Shown: one piece after another, positions 50,953 through 62,817 of the stretch
How positions within the stretch are numbered: position 1 is the stretch's first letter
Layout of the letters: each line of letters begins with the position of its first letter
Assembly (NCBI GenBank): GCA_977016875.1
Contig: CDRNST010000219.1
Coordinates: 434,001-498,000 of the forward strand
From: Pavona decussata
Taxonomy: Eukaryota
DNA: 64,000 nt
Direction of reading: 5' to 3'
Notes under the pieces: generated by a model
What the model saw: only the letters and a program-made list of their open reading frames with translations
What the model was told of the DNA's origin: nothing
The model's database searches: none
Position numbers and translations under genes: made by a program

Positions 50953-51983
50953 GCCATGCGTCATAGGAAGGGGCGGCCCAACCACTGACCATCAGAATAG
51001 CAGGCACTAGTTTCCAGGCGCCCGTTTGTGTCGACACCGAATAACAATCGCTACTGTCTTCACTTAGTCGTCACCGACTGTCCTCACCAATAAAGTCGTT
51101 TCTTGCCTGCTTCGCGAATGCACAGGCCCCTGATTTGTTCAAAGAGCAGATGATTTTATCCACTGGATAGATGGTCGCTATCGGGCAGATGAAATGTGTG
51201 CGCGAATTTCCCTATAGCCCTATAGCAACACGCAAAAGGCCTAAGCTTTAACATTTAAGATCATGCTGCCACCAGCATCCAGATTAAGATAAATCAATCT
51301 TTACATATCCACTGGGAGAAGCCTTCTTTAAATAAACTTCCCTCAAACATAATTTAAAACTCTGTATGCAAGCTCTTACGTAGTCACGCATTCTTTTATT
51401 GTTCTTGTTGCTATTTTCGTTTGAATATATTCCTGATCATGTGTTATTTAATTATTTCAAATTCAATTCTTTAACTTACTTCGTAACTAACGGTAACTGT
51501 TGTAGCGGTCGAAACATAAAATGCGTTGCGTTTTTCTTCAAAATAATAACTTGTTTCCCGCTATCAAAACCTTTTTTTTTTTAACAAAGGCTTGTAATAG
51601 GTCTAGTCAACATCATATTTTTAAAACTTACAAGCTACAAGGGGGTGAGTCCGAGGACGAAAGTGAACATTTAATTTGTCTTTAAAGCAACTAACATGTC
51701 GAATTTTATTTCTCAACGTCGCGATTTTCTTAAATAAGAGCAAGGTTTAGCCATACTGACAAGTTTGATTACATTGGGTGGTTTAGTCGATCGCCCATCT
51801 ACCCGTATATACAAGAAGATTAAACTCAACAGTAGGCTTTATAAGCTCCTTTTAGAAACCGTCATGAATAGTCGATGATCCCCCATTCACCATTCAACAA
51901 GTTAAATATTTTCCTCGTCCAACTCTTAAACAGGTGTAGGGTCTGTTGGGAAAAGAAAAATGAGAAACAGTTACTTACGCCAT

Positions 51984-52125
51984 CAATTTGAATTAGTATC
52001 ATTTAAAATATTGTAACCGTTTACTTAGCCTCCTACAGCCCCTGAAGAAGGTTAGTTCTGTCTAACCGAAATATTGGGCAATAAAATTACCCATTTTAGC
52101 TGTCCGATCAGCCTTGCATTTGGTT
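51984..52125 (+). mobile_element. 142-bp Penelope/retrozyme-like insertion carrying a hammerhead ribozyme
   Basis: 13-bp TSD TTACTTACGCCAT at 51971-51983 and 52126-52138; hammerhead at 52038-52079. Confidence 0.75.
52038..52079 (+). ncRNA. Minimal type I hammerhead ribozyme
   Basis: GCCC-CTGAAGA-A-GGTTAG(ttctgt)CTAACC-GAAA-TA-TT-GGGC: stems I and II pair perfectly; stem III is a short palindrome. Confidence 0.7.
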
Positions 52126-52883
52126 TTACTTACGCCATTGTATAGTTAAGGCCACAGGGTCGCTACTCCGCCGGACCGGCACAGGCGACGCGACAGTTAA
52201 TTTGCAGAAAAAAGTTGCATGAGAATTAAACAAGTTAAACTTTGCGCGGCAAAGCTCGGGATTGTTGCGTTGTCATGTGCTAGAGTGCCTACGCGTGTGA
52301 TTTTCGCCGCGCGCTAGCGGCGAACCTTTTAGGAAAAAAAGCATTGCTTGGGCAAGTAAAAAAAAAATCACTCATGAAGCCGCGACTTTAAGCGGCAGGT
52401 TTCTGTAGCATGAAGTGAATAGAATGTTACTGTTCTTCTCTGTATAAGACGTTGCATGGTCCATTACATGGCTACCCGGATGCTCTGTTGCTACCCATTA
52501 ATCCATTTATACACATAGGTTAATGACTACAGGAGAAAATGTTGAGTAACACTTCTTGTTGAAATAAAAAATACTATGGCAGAGACGAGGGAAGTCAATG
52601 AATTGTGGGTTGTATGTGGTTTGTGTAGTGAGCAGTGAAGCATTGCTATTGGTGGGATGGTACGATGGAAAACAAGAATAAATTACGTGGGGATTAAGAA
52701 TGCCACCATTTTCAAGTTCAATTAGAATAGAATGTCAGAATTCAAACACTTCGCTGACGAAACGTTGTTCGATTTTATCGTTGAATTTTACTTGCTTATA
52801 TGTTACCAAACCTTTACTTAAAAAAAGAAGTCACTTTCACATGAGAAAAACCAACAAGAACAATGGTAATAGCCACAGAAGGC

Positions 52884-53083
52884 TCACCTTGGTTCATCCT
52901 CTTCAACATCTTCCTTCCATAAACATTGTCCTTTATGGACCGCTGTAACTTCCTCTTTTCTCCCAAAACAGTTGTCTCGGCTCAAATAACACCTGTTTTT
53001 GTAAGTCCGACCGTTACTTCCACATACGGGATCGTAAAGTGTTTCGCATTTTTCCGGACAATTGTTTGAAGACAGTGTTAACA
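52884..53083 (-). CDS. Kazal-type serine protease inhibitor domain exon (other exons not identified)
   Basis: CPEKCETLYDPVCGSNGRTYKNRCYLSRDNC...HKGQC, six-Cys Kazal pattern; acceptor TTTTTATCGCAG, phase 1; ends at stop 52884 or donor AG|GTGAG at 52888. Confidence 0.85.
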
Positions 53084-54918
53084 CTGCGATAAAAACAACA
53101 CAATGGAGGTCAATACTTGGTCATCAAGACGACAACGATGGCCGTTTTAAACTAGAACTCAAGACGGACAATTTAGTTTTTAGACGAACAAGTCGACTTG
53201 GTATAAAAACTGGATGGACTGATTTTGTGATCGTCCCAACGGAGGGACAAATTTAGGTGACTTTTAAGTCCAGAATCTTGCCGAGCCGTCCCGTTTTAAC
53301 ACGAAAACGAATGGTTCGTATGAGACGACTTGTTTGTCCGAAATTTGACTGTCTATTGGCCGTCACGTCTAGTGCATGCATACGCAAATGGTTTTTTCAC
53401 TGTTCTTAACAACATTTGGTTAAAGTAATATAAAAGAACAGTTTTAAGTGGACTGTAGTAAATTAAACAACGATAATTGTAATTGTAATACTTTAACATT
53501 ATCAACCGATGTCAAACTGCATCATGCAATTAAGAGCTGGGTAGAGGCATTACACTAACTGGAATACTGTCTAATAGAAACATATGTGAAACAACACGAG
53601 CAAAAGTAAGTAAAAAGTAGCTTCTTAATTCACAAATTTAGAAACTTCCTGTTTAAATCGGACCATTGATCATAATGGTGGTTACATCAGCTGGTAGCTG
53701 AATCACGTTTCTGCTGGGCAGTTCTTGGAAAGAAGGAAAACTGAAATACATTCTTTGTGCTGCGGTGAACAACCTGAGGGCTGCAGCAGTTCTTTCCACC
53801 CCCTCAGGCCAATCAGCGGGGGTCCCAAGCCGATGTTACTTATTCAAGTCTGGGTCTAACCACAGTTCCGTACAGAGTTTTCCGTTACCGTCTTCGGTGG
53901 AAAACCAAAACTTCCGTCTAATTAACCCTTGAATCTTATTGGCACTCTTTCTCTTGGTGTTAACTCACTAGGTAGCGTTTCTTTTGACAGATCACATGTG
54001 ATTGCCATGATTTCTCAGAGGCCGTTAAGGTCTATATAAGAATTCTTATTTGAGAGCTGAAATTAATCCGCATTCAATTCCTATTTGCTTTGGATTTACT
54101 TTACTGCGATTATGATTGGTTTTAAAAACTCGCGTCATTTTCTTAACCATGCATCGGGCCAATTTATACGAAAACTGCTACTAAAAGCAGTTAGTTATAC
54201 ATGCGACTGGCTTTATATATCACTGACCTAACAGAGGTGATTATGAGATAAAAATGCGGCATACGAGGTACACATTAGCGAAAAACATGAAACTGGAGGC
54301 AAACGCAACAAAGTATGATCTCTTAAAGAGTACCAAGGGGCAGTAAAGTGTGTTAAACCTGTGGCAAACTTGGGACCATGCGCCTTAAAACAGACTCGTA
54401 TCCAGCCGCTATTCAGTTATTTGTTTGTGGAGCACGAGAAGATTGCATACGAGGGTGGATTGAGGCGCGTGGGGTGCCATGGGAAAGGACGAATGAAAAA
54501 ATAGCGACCTCGCCTCACAAACAATTAAATGGTGACTGGGTATGAGTCTGCCTAAAAATTAAGAATTGTCACCTGTGGGGAAACGTGTGAGAAGACTTTC
54601 GCAAGCACAAGCTTACTGATCCAAGAGAAAGTTTCTCTTGACTGAACTGAAAGAACGCACTGAATGACGGAGAATGACATTTTAATAAGCCGAGATACCA
54701 CTAATTAATGTTCAGTGCTAGACAGCATTTTCAAGTGTCATCTGCGATTTCATAGTTAGTCAATAATAGATAACAATAATAATGAATTAAGGCCACTTTT
54801 GAACCATCCAGTTTCCATTCCTCACTAAATGATGGTACAAAGGTGGCCCTCACCTCCTTTGCCCCACATTTTCAGTTTGTTCCCCAAGATTTGCATAACG
54901 TTTCCGCAAATATGTAGT

Positions 54919-55779
54919 CCCGGCATAGTAAATCGAACGTTCGAAAATCGAACTCAATCGAACTCAATCCGTGGATTGAGTTCGATTGAGTTCGGCAATC
55001 GAACGAAATCGAACACCAGACTTTCAGTGAGTTCGATTTCCGAACAAATCGAATTCAATCGAACAAATCGAACTAAATCGAACTCAATCCATCTGATTGT
55101 GTTCGATTGAGTTCGGAAACCGAATTCAATCGAACACAATTTAATTGATTGAGTTCGATTGGCTCTGGTAAACCTATACAAAGCAAGCCCAAAGCAAGCC
55201 CATCAAAGCAGGTTTTTCTTGTGCTTTGTTACAATTTATTCAATAACAGAAACCTCATTTATAAACTGTTCACGGCAGTTAAGAGAACAGAACAGAACAG
55301 AACAAAGCTATCATTATTCCCGCGGGCGTATTCCGAAATTGTCGTACCCTTTCCTTTTTTAGCTAACTTATAATTCCGGAGTGACAAATCGAAGGGTTGC
55401 TTTTATGCAAAAAGACAAGCAAATTACTAACTGCGACACAGGCAACGGCACACAGTATTTGAACCTTACAATCCACAGCGCATCTGAAGCCATTTCTGCG
55501 TAATTTCTTCGTTTACGAAAAACACGTGCGCTACACTCCGGACTGAAGTAACTCGAGCTTCCAAGATCTGGTTAGCGATTTTCAAAGCCTGTTTTACACA
55601 AATCACGAGTTCGAAAATCGAACGTTCGATTGGGTTCGATTGATTTTTTGTCTTTTCGGTGAGTTCGATTTCGTTCGATTGCCGAACTCAATCGAACTCA
55701 ATCCACGGATTGAGTTCGATTTCGTTCGATTGGGTTCGATTGAAATTTAGTTCGATTGGGTTCGATTTACTATGCCGGG
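54919..55779. mobile_element. Non-autonomous DNA transposon with dense subterminal repeats
   Basis: TIR CCCGGCATAGTAAATCGAAC / GTTCGATTTACTATGCCGGG; flanking direct repeat ATGTAGT; many AATCGAAC/GTTCGATT motifs at both ends. Confidence 0.88.
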
Positions 55780-56014
55780 ATGTAGTAAATCCAATTTTTC
55801 GTCTACTGTGCCGAACAATCAAAATCTGTGATATCCTTAGCAGGGTTTCAACACCAATTCAGTTTTAACCGAGGAAACATTAGCTTTGGGGAGGTTTTTT
55901 GGCAAATTTTAAAGAACTAGCTCCCTTTTTGATAGATCGGCGAAAAATTTTGACGTTACTCCAAACGTTTCAGACGAATTGGTTTAGATTAAGATACACA
56001 ATTAAGGATAAAAA

Positions 56015-56142
56015 TTAGCGAAGAAAACACAACGTTTCGATGTCGCCATGACATCATGGCGACACCGTCGGCATCATCATATTTGGTCACTTGAAAATAA
56101 TGTCATAGCGACATCGAAACGTTGTGTCAGTTTCTTCGCTAA
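56015..56142. mobile_element. Inverted Penelope-derived terminus with a degenerate hammerhead motif
   Basis: Arms TTAGCGAAGAAA..ACAACGTTTCGATGTCGC / GCGACATCGAAACGTTGT..TTTCTTCGCTAA; core TTGAAAA...GACATC-GAAA-CG-TT. Confidence 0.55.
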
Positions 56143-58086
56143 GTTTAAGTTTCCGACGATCTTGTGATATCTACCCACGAAAACCTTAGTTTCTTCATGC
56201 CAGAGGCGCGCTCCAGGCTGTTGGAATGAACTGATAGATTGAAGCTACAAAAGTTACAGAAGTTTGCCCGGCTTTTACCGATCCGGATCGCGAGGTCCAG
56301 GCATGGAGGTCGTTTTGTAAGGCGTCATTTTGCTACCTTCATCACATAATTGTTCCATACACTAGTGATTAAACCTACCGAAGCTGAAATGCGTGAAGAC
56401 GATCCAGCAAAGCGGGATTAAAGGCTTTCTCTTCATCTTTACTGTTACAATAATCCGTGAACTTTTTCGACAATATTCGAAGATATGCCGAAAATGTGAC
56501 AGTAACAACGTAACAGCGATCATATACGTTTTGAGATCTGGAAAATAAGGAGAAAGGATTTATAACAAATTTCCTTTGGATTCTTTTTAAGTCAGTGGGA
56601 ATTTTTAGCATGCGCGTGCAAACGAATCATCGTCAAAACGAAACCTCAAAACCGAGTTTGATTTTGCTATTTCTACGAGTTTGATCAAAGATTTATAGTT
56701 CGTTTATGGGATAATTACGTTCTTGAATTTTAAAGTAGTAAATTCTCTTTAAACAACAACTTAAAACTCAAGATCTGGGAGCTAAAAATAGAACATTTCT
56801 TAAGCTGCTTCTCCAATAAAACCCTTCCAGATCCATTGCCTGAAAATGAGCCGAGAGCTTTTTTATTGATGATAATATAACATTTACGGTAGTTCCTCGT
56901 TTTCTAATATTTCAACGAATTAAAAGTGGAAGGATATTATAAACAGCGAACTGTTGCAAAACTCTTTTTTACGTTGCAATGAATACTGTTACTCTTCGAA
57001 ATACTGTAATGGTTCGTTAAGCATGAAGTACAGCAATCAATCGTTTTACAGACAACAGAAAAAGATATCGAAGTTAACACTTTTCCTTACTTACCACTTT
57101 CTGTACGATTTCCGCGGGGTAAAATTCTCGATTTATTGCTGTAAAATCACCATCTGACGAGTATTGCAAATACAATGACAAGTGAAATTGAATTCGTCCC
57201 CGGCTGTGACATGCGTCAATCTTCCCAGGCAGTACATTTAAATGGTAATCACAATATTTATTCAAACACTTCAAAATAAATCGCCCCTGAACCAAAACGA
57301 CTATTGATTTGTAAATTAGCGATTTGTAAAGAAAAAAGCCGATGGAAACTCAGCTTTAGTCTGTCTGCGGAGAAGTCACTGATTAGGTTTTTTGTGAAAT
57401 GATCAAACATGCGCCATACATAAACTTAAGATCTTTTACTGGATATTAAAAATCATGGCGGATTTTATGTGTTCTGCAAATTTAATGGCGTCAAAAAGAG
57501 AACGAAATCTCTACGTAGCTTCAAGCAGATCTCAGCAGATCAAATCTGATTTCAGGGATGTAAGGAAATTTTTAAAGTTTTTATTTTTTCATTTCATTTT
57601 GCCATACTTTACAATACAAATTTAAGAAAAACAAATTTACAAACGAAACAAAAGAAGATGAAATGGCGGGGAAATCTAAAAGAAACCGCGAGATCAATGA
57701 AAACTTATATTTTCTTTCAAGACTCACGATTGAATGACTTACTCCAAGTTTGGGTCAAGAAGTAAAAACAAAAAGGAGCAAAAAAGAGAAAAATCAAAGA
57801 TCACAATTGTAGTATACTGCTGAAAGCAAACATCGAAAAAAAAGATTGTTCACAACCATTTACATAAATGTAATGACATTATTAAATTTTAAAACGGCTG
57901 TTTGTCACTAGCGACGTGAGGACAACAGTAATTCGGTCAGCGTGAAAAAGGACTCGGCGTGTAAAGTATAAGCACAGTTGCAAAAATTTTCTTTCCTTAT
58001 GTTTGTGTTTATGTCGCAGTAATTGCTGGTTTTAAACCGGATAAGAAGAGCTAGTCTCTCATTATCATTCACGCTCATGTTTGGGT

Positions 58087-58379
58087 CAGCCTCGTTCCCA
58101 TCTTTGGCACGTGGTCGAACGTGACGTCACCCGTTAAGCTGATCGGGAAGGAGCGCTTGAGACTGAAGGTATACATCTTGACCACATGTCCAAAATATTG
58201 GATGATTCTTCGTTGGAAAGCAAATTTTTCTCCAGCCGAAAAATCAGGGATAAAAGCTCCCCGATCAGGAATAAATTTGCCATTTTCTTTCAGGTCTCGC
58301 GCGACTGAGTTCGCTCCCAAGCCGCTGACAAGTAGCTCGGTTCACTCGACAAGCGCGATTCGGCCTGGGAACGAGGCTT
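58087..58379. mobile_element. Academ-like MITE
   Basis: AGCCTCGTTCCCA...TGGGAACGAGGCT inverted ends. Confidence 0.65.
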
Positions 58380-59643
58380 TGTTTGTCCGGACGGTCTTCG
58401 ACAATATTCCACAATTTTGGCAATTTTCCACACCAGCAAAGTCAATCCAATTGTGTGACTGTTGGTGCTGCTATTGCTGTTATAATTTACGTATTCAAAA
58501 CTTTGTTAAGTTAACAATTTACTTTAAAATAGTTTCTAATTTACAGAAAATATATAATCTGCATTTGAATACACTCGAGTTCTATTCATTATTGTATAGA
58601 GGATTTTGACGGCGGCCAAAACAATAAACAAGTTTCCCCTGGGAAACAAATTTTAGTTTTATGCAAACAATGTTTTATTGTTCTATACCTCAAACGCGGC
58701 CGTCGTAAAAATCGTCTATTACTAGACTCGTAGACTATCGTTGACTATCCTTTCCGAAATTTGCTTCGGTAAGACGAAATACTATACTTTAAAGTGAATT
58801 AAATTTTAAATATACTCTCTTAGGCCTATTTGACGGGTGTTTTCATGACATGGGTTGGTGGTACGACTCAAATTCCGGTGCAAGATTCAACTTTACATTC
58901 CGTTTACTTAAATCCTTTTGTTTTGTTCTGTGATGAAAGAATGAAAATGCAAGGGAATACGAAACAAACAGCCAGCCATACCGCGGTTCAAGGACGCGGG
59001 TATGAGGTTCGTACCGGGATGAACCCGAAAAGGTACTGATGAGGATTTGGACCGGAATCATGTCAACGAAGGCAGATTCACGAAATTGAACCGGGCTGAA
59101 TTTATATCCATGTAAAACACCCTCCTTAGAAACACGAGATTCTGCTGCAGTTTTTGTACAACAGCATAAATCTTGAAGAACTTGAGAGAGTTTGTGTTGT
59201 AGATTGCCTTAAATTCTTTATCATCTATGACTATTTTCCTTGCTTTAAAGACTTCTTCCTTTTTTCAACTATTTTGCCCTCTTTAATGGCTATTAAGTCC
59301 TGTTTAACAGGGGAGGGGCGCTTGGTTTTTTGTAATTCTTATCTAAGTTATCTCCTAACAGTATTTCAAAAACGCACGCCGTCACCACCAAAAACCTCTT
59401 AAAACCTGTTTTTGTCCGAAGCAGGACGTAGATATTGGCTATTTTAACGGGATCTGTGACACCGTCGACAGTCTAGCCCCAAAGGACTCATACAATGCAA
59501 TGCGACAGCCCTTGCGATGTACTTCTTCCAGAATTCTCCCCGATGCTTGCACGCGATCCAATACAAGGTGCGTTCGCCAAGCAGCCGCGCCTGCAAGGCT
59601 GGCTAGTGTCCAGTCCATCTCAGGATGAATTGCTGTGTTATTT

Positions 59644-59785
59644 CTACTTCCTCGCCAAGGCTAGCTTACAGCTCGCTGCTATCGTCATTATAAAAGGTCC
59701 TTCCTGTCCTGGGTAAAATGTAGATGGAATCACGTCATATGTTCCAGCAGGTACCTTGGTCAGCTGCTGCACGTAAAAGCCAGGC
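59644..59785 (-). CDS. CAPN7: Calpain-7 last coding exon
   Basis: PGFYVQQLTKVPAGTYDVIPSTFYPGQEGPF...* matches the CAPN7/PalB C-terminal calpain domain III. Confidence 0.92.
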
Positions 59786-60293
59786 CTGAAATAGAATGAA
59801 TTCATCACATGTGTGTCGTGGTCATGAAGGACAATCACATACCCATGAGCTCCCAGATGAGAAATGTAGTCTTAAGAGAAATATCTCATACATCAGGAAA
59901 TCTCAGTACTGAAAACTGATTTTTAAGCGTTGTGTGTCTGTTTTCTCGACATAGAAATCGACCTAAACTTGATCTCTCAATCGGCAAAAAAAAGCCACGA
60001 TGTTTGGAAATTTGCTTCGACTTTTTACTTGCCATACAGAGTACTCGTGGTATTTCATTTTATTTAAGTCATAAAGCCATTACTTTCTTTTATTCTGTTA
60101 AGCTTCTAAAGTTTCTAATTGATTATGACAAAGAAGTTACCAAATGAAATTAAAACCGCAACTTATTATAAAAATCATAGCGATCAACACTTTAAGCAAT
60201 GTTAAGAAAAATCCGAGTCCTTTACCGGCGGGCATTATCGGAAGTGGTCGGGAACATTCGGAAGACTTCTGTCACTGCTGGCTATCTAATTAC

Positions 60294-60380
60294 CTGTAAG
60301 TGTCAGAGAAAGCCTCGTACACAGGTTTCCCATCTGAGGCGCGGTCAACCGAACGAATTATTGCACCAACTGAAAATTGC
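60294..60380 (-). CDS. CAPN7: Calpain-7 exon
   Basis: QFSVGAIIRSVDRASDGKPVYEAFSDTYR; phase 2/2; AG/GT bounded. Confidence 0.85.
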
Positions 60381-60478
60381 CTAAAAAGGAATAAAAACAA
60401 GCAAAAGGGTAATTTTAACTTGGATGAGGTGCGCTAATTACATATGTAAGAACAATCCAGGACGAACAATATTCAACA

Positions 60479-60566
60479 TAGGCTCGATTTCCGCCGTCTC
60501 CCGGGTCCGGTCTGTGATCCTGAGTGCGGGCTCATTTTCCCGAACAGCGGCTGGTAATCGAGCCTA
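60479..60566. mobile_element. Academ-like MITE with 9-bp TSD
   Basis: TAGGCTCGATT...AATCGAGCCTA; TSD TATTCAACA at 60470-60478 and 60567-60575. Confidence 0.85.
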
Positions 60567-60603
60567 TATTCAACACTGAGACGAAAATTAGGGACCTTTA
60601 GAT

Positions 60604-60605
<2 letters not shown>

Positions 60606-60671
<66 letters not shown>

Positions 60672-60917
60672 CTTTATTTAAGAGTCAATGAATTTAGCGG
60701 AGAGCACAAATTGGGACACTTTCCAGATCGAATTGGAATTTAGAAGTGTTGGTTTTCGAAGAAAAGGGAAAACCGGGATACCCGGAGAAAACCTCTCGGA
60801 GCAAGGACGAGAACCAACAACAAACTCAACCCACATATGGCGCCGAGTCCGGCAATCGAACCCGGACCACATTGGTGGGAAGCGAGTGCTCGCACCACTG
60901 CGCAATCCCTGCTCTCC
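60606..60917 (-). mobile_element. Full-length tRNA-derived SINE with (TTTA)n tail
   Basis: On the minus strand: A box GCGCAGTGG, B box GGTTCGATTGCC, body, then (TTTA)n at 60606-60670. A related head fragment lies at ~63241-63292 (+). Confidence 0.85.
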
Positions 60918-61401
60918 ACTTGAGTAAGAGCACAAGATTAAGTTCAAGTAGGACTTCTCAAATCCAGTTAGCATGCTTTAGATAACTACTTTTCTACTGG
61001 TAAGCAACAGGAAAGGGCAAGAGCTCTGGGGACATGACTTGTTTGAAATTTGAAAGTCCGGCGTACTCCTGCTCAAACCCAAAGGTCGCTATTATCACAA
61101 AGACATCCAACATGGCGATGAATAAATGTAAAATGGTACAAAACTTGCAACGCTTCCCCTCTAAATGATTGCAGAACATGTCATGGCCCAATTTTTTAAC
61201 CAATGAAAACTTCAGAAAAAGTCACACATCAAAGGTAACGTATTTCACAGTGGGTTACAAATCTTGGTTGCTGAGAACTATGCCGTGTCTTGCAATTGCC
61301 TCGACTCGTGTAGGAATCGCGTAGGGGTTTTCCTCATATTCACCTGAAAAAAAGCACTTGTTAAAGCATGCCTGGAAAACTGCTTCATAATCAACACTTA
61401 C

Positions 61402-61544
61402 TTCGGACCACGCAGTTTAAGCAAAACTTCAGCTGTTTCTGTAGGCGAAGATGGTTTGAGCTGCATACGATAAACAGGATTATTGGTATGGGACGAGTAA
61501 TTGGGGCATCCGCCAGCTAGATTGCCTTTCCATTCACCAGTCAC
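61402..61544 (-). CDS. CAPN7: Calpain-7 exon
   Basis: VTGEWKGNLAGGCPNYSSHTNNPVY...LLKLRGP; phase 0/2. Confidence 0.92.
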
Positions 61545-61711
61545 CTGAACACAAACAATTTGAGAGTATTGTCAGGGAAATGAACAAATTAAAAGTTAAA
61601 CTTGGAGCCAGAGGTGATCATGCGTTGTACAAGAGTTTAACATAAGCCTTTTATTACAAGAAATTTAACCCCAATTTCGTTGGTCGAGTAAACAAGTTAA
61701 TCCGGTCATAC

Positions 61712-61774
61712 CTGTTTTTCAGCTGTGTATGGGACAGGAACGGCGGATAAACGGAATTCAGTGGATGAAAAGAC
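61712..61774 (-). CDS. CAPN7: Calpain-7 exon
   Basis: VFSSTEFRLSAVPVPYTAEKQ; phase 0/0. Confidence 0.88.
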
Positions 61775-62168
61775 CTGCAGTCCAACAACAGCAACAAAGT
61801 TTAAACGTCTCTTATCTTAAGACAAGTATGGTTACTATGGTGAGATGCGATGGTGTAAACCAAGCAAACCTGAAGCAAAACATCTAACACGTGACAAGCG
61901 TAGGAAAAAAATTGTGGAAAGCGTGGGAAAACGTGTAACCGGCAGAAAACGCGGGAAAACGTGTAAGCTGTCAAAAGCGCGGGAAAACACGTGACCTGTG
62001 GCAAAAACGAATGCAATGTTGCAGAGTATTTAAACCTGCAACAAACGGAAACAAATGAAACGAAAGTTTTAATTGCTTCCGAACAGCAGTGGAAAAGAGC
62101 TTTTAACTGACAAACGATAAAATAGGACGATAAGATGAAGTTATCAAGTGGAATGTAGGTGGACATGC

Positions 62169-62305
62169 CTTGATAGTGTAGTGAATGGTGTTGGTTTTCT
62201 CGTACTGAGAGACAACGAGAGTAAATCGCTTTGTTCCTTTGGGAGCGTTGAGCTTGGCCAAGTAAAACGGACTGTTGATTTTGGTGCCCTCTAAGAACGG
62301 GTTAT
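62169..62305 (-). CDS. CAPN7: Calpain-7 exon ending in a GC donor
   Basis: DNPFLEGTKINSPFYLAKL...FTLVVSQYEKTNTIHYTIK|GCATGT. Confidence 0.9.
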
Positions 62306-62741
62306 CTGAAAGGACAAATAAAAATTGAAATAAAATCAAGTATATGGAGATTACCAGAAAAGAGAACTGCGGAGAAGAATACCCTGACAGTGCTTTTAGC
62401 AAATTCAGTTGTTGCAAATACAAGAATGACGAAGCTGTTGTTGTTGTTGTTGTTGTTGTTGTTTTTTTTTTTGGCTTAAACAAGACTTGAACCATCGGTC
62501 TTAGGATTCTCGTTCAAACCATGAATTTTTGCAAGCCTCTTGATTTGCAACTGGTGAATACACAGAAAGCATTGCAAGGATCTTTATAAATTAGAAAATG
62601 TACAAGTGAAATCACCGATCATTATCGATAAGTTGAAACACAACGTCTTATCAAAGACGCCTGTCTGCTGTCTCAGCCCTAAAAATATATTCCTTCTTAA
62701 AAAAACTTTACTTCCAAGAAACAAACAGGTAATTCAATTAC

Positions 62742-62817
62742 CTGGATAAAACACTCTCCCACCATCTGATTTGTAGACATGAACTGTAATAAATTCTTTG
62801 TTCTCTGCAAAATCATC
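62742..62817 (-). CDS. CAPN7: Calpain-7 exon (upstream exons lie beyond the window)
   Basis: DDFAENKEFITVHVYKSDGGRVFYP; phase 0/1. Confidence 0.9.

Noticed and set aside
51641-51665. TGAGTCCGAGGACGAAA resembling a canonical hammerhead stem II
   Set aside because: The CTGA core is absent (GGGG instead) and stems I and III do not form.
45000-52800. Numerous 60-110 aa ORFs upstream of FGF-C
   Set aside because: No recognisable domains or consistent splice structure; expected by chance or derived from MITEs.
54615-54680. MSFSVIQCVLSVQ... with a phase-1 GTAAG donor as the Kazal leader exon
   Set aside because: The phase fits but the signal-peptide character is poor; unsupported without transcript data.
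54919-55779. Repeated short motifs resembling a CRISPR or iteron array
   Set aside because: Eukaryotic context, no repeat-spacer periodicity, bounded by TIRs and a TSD.
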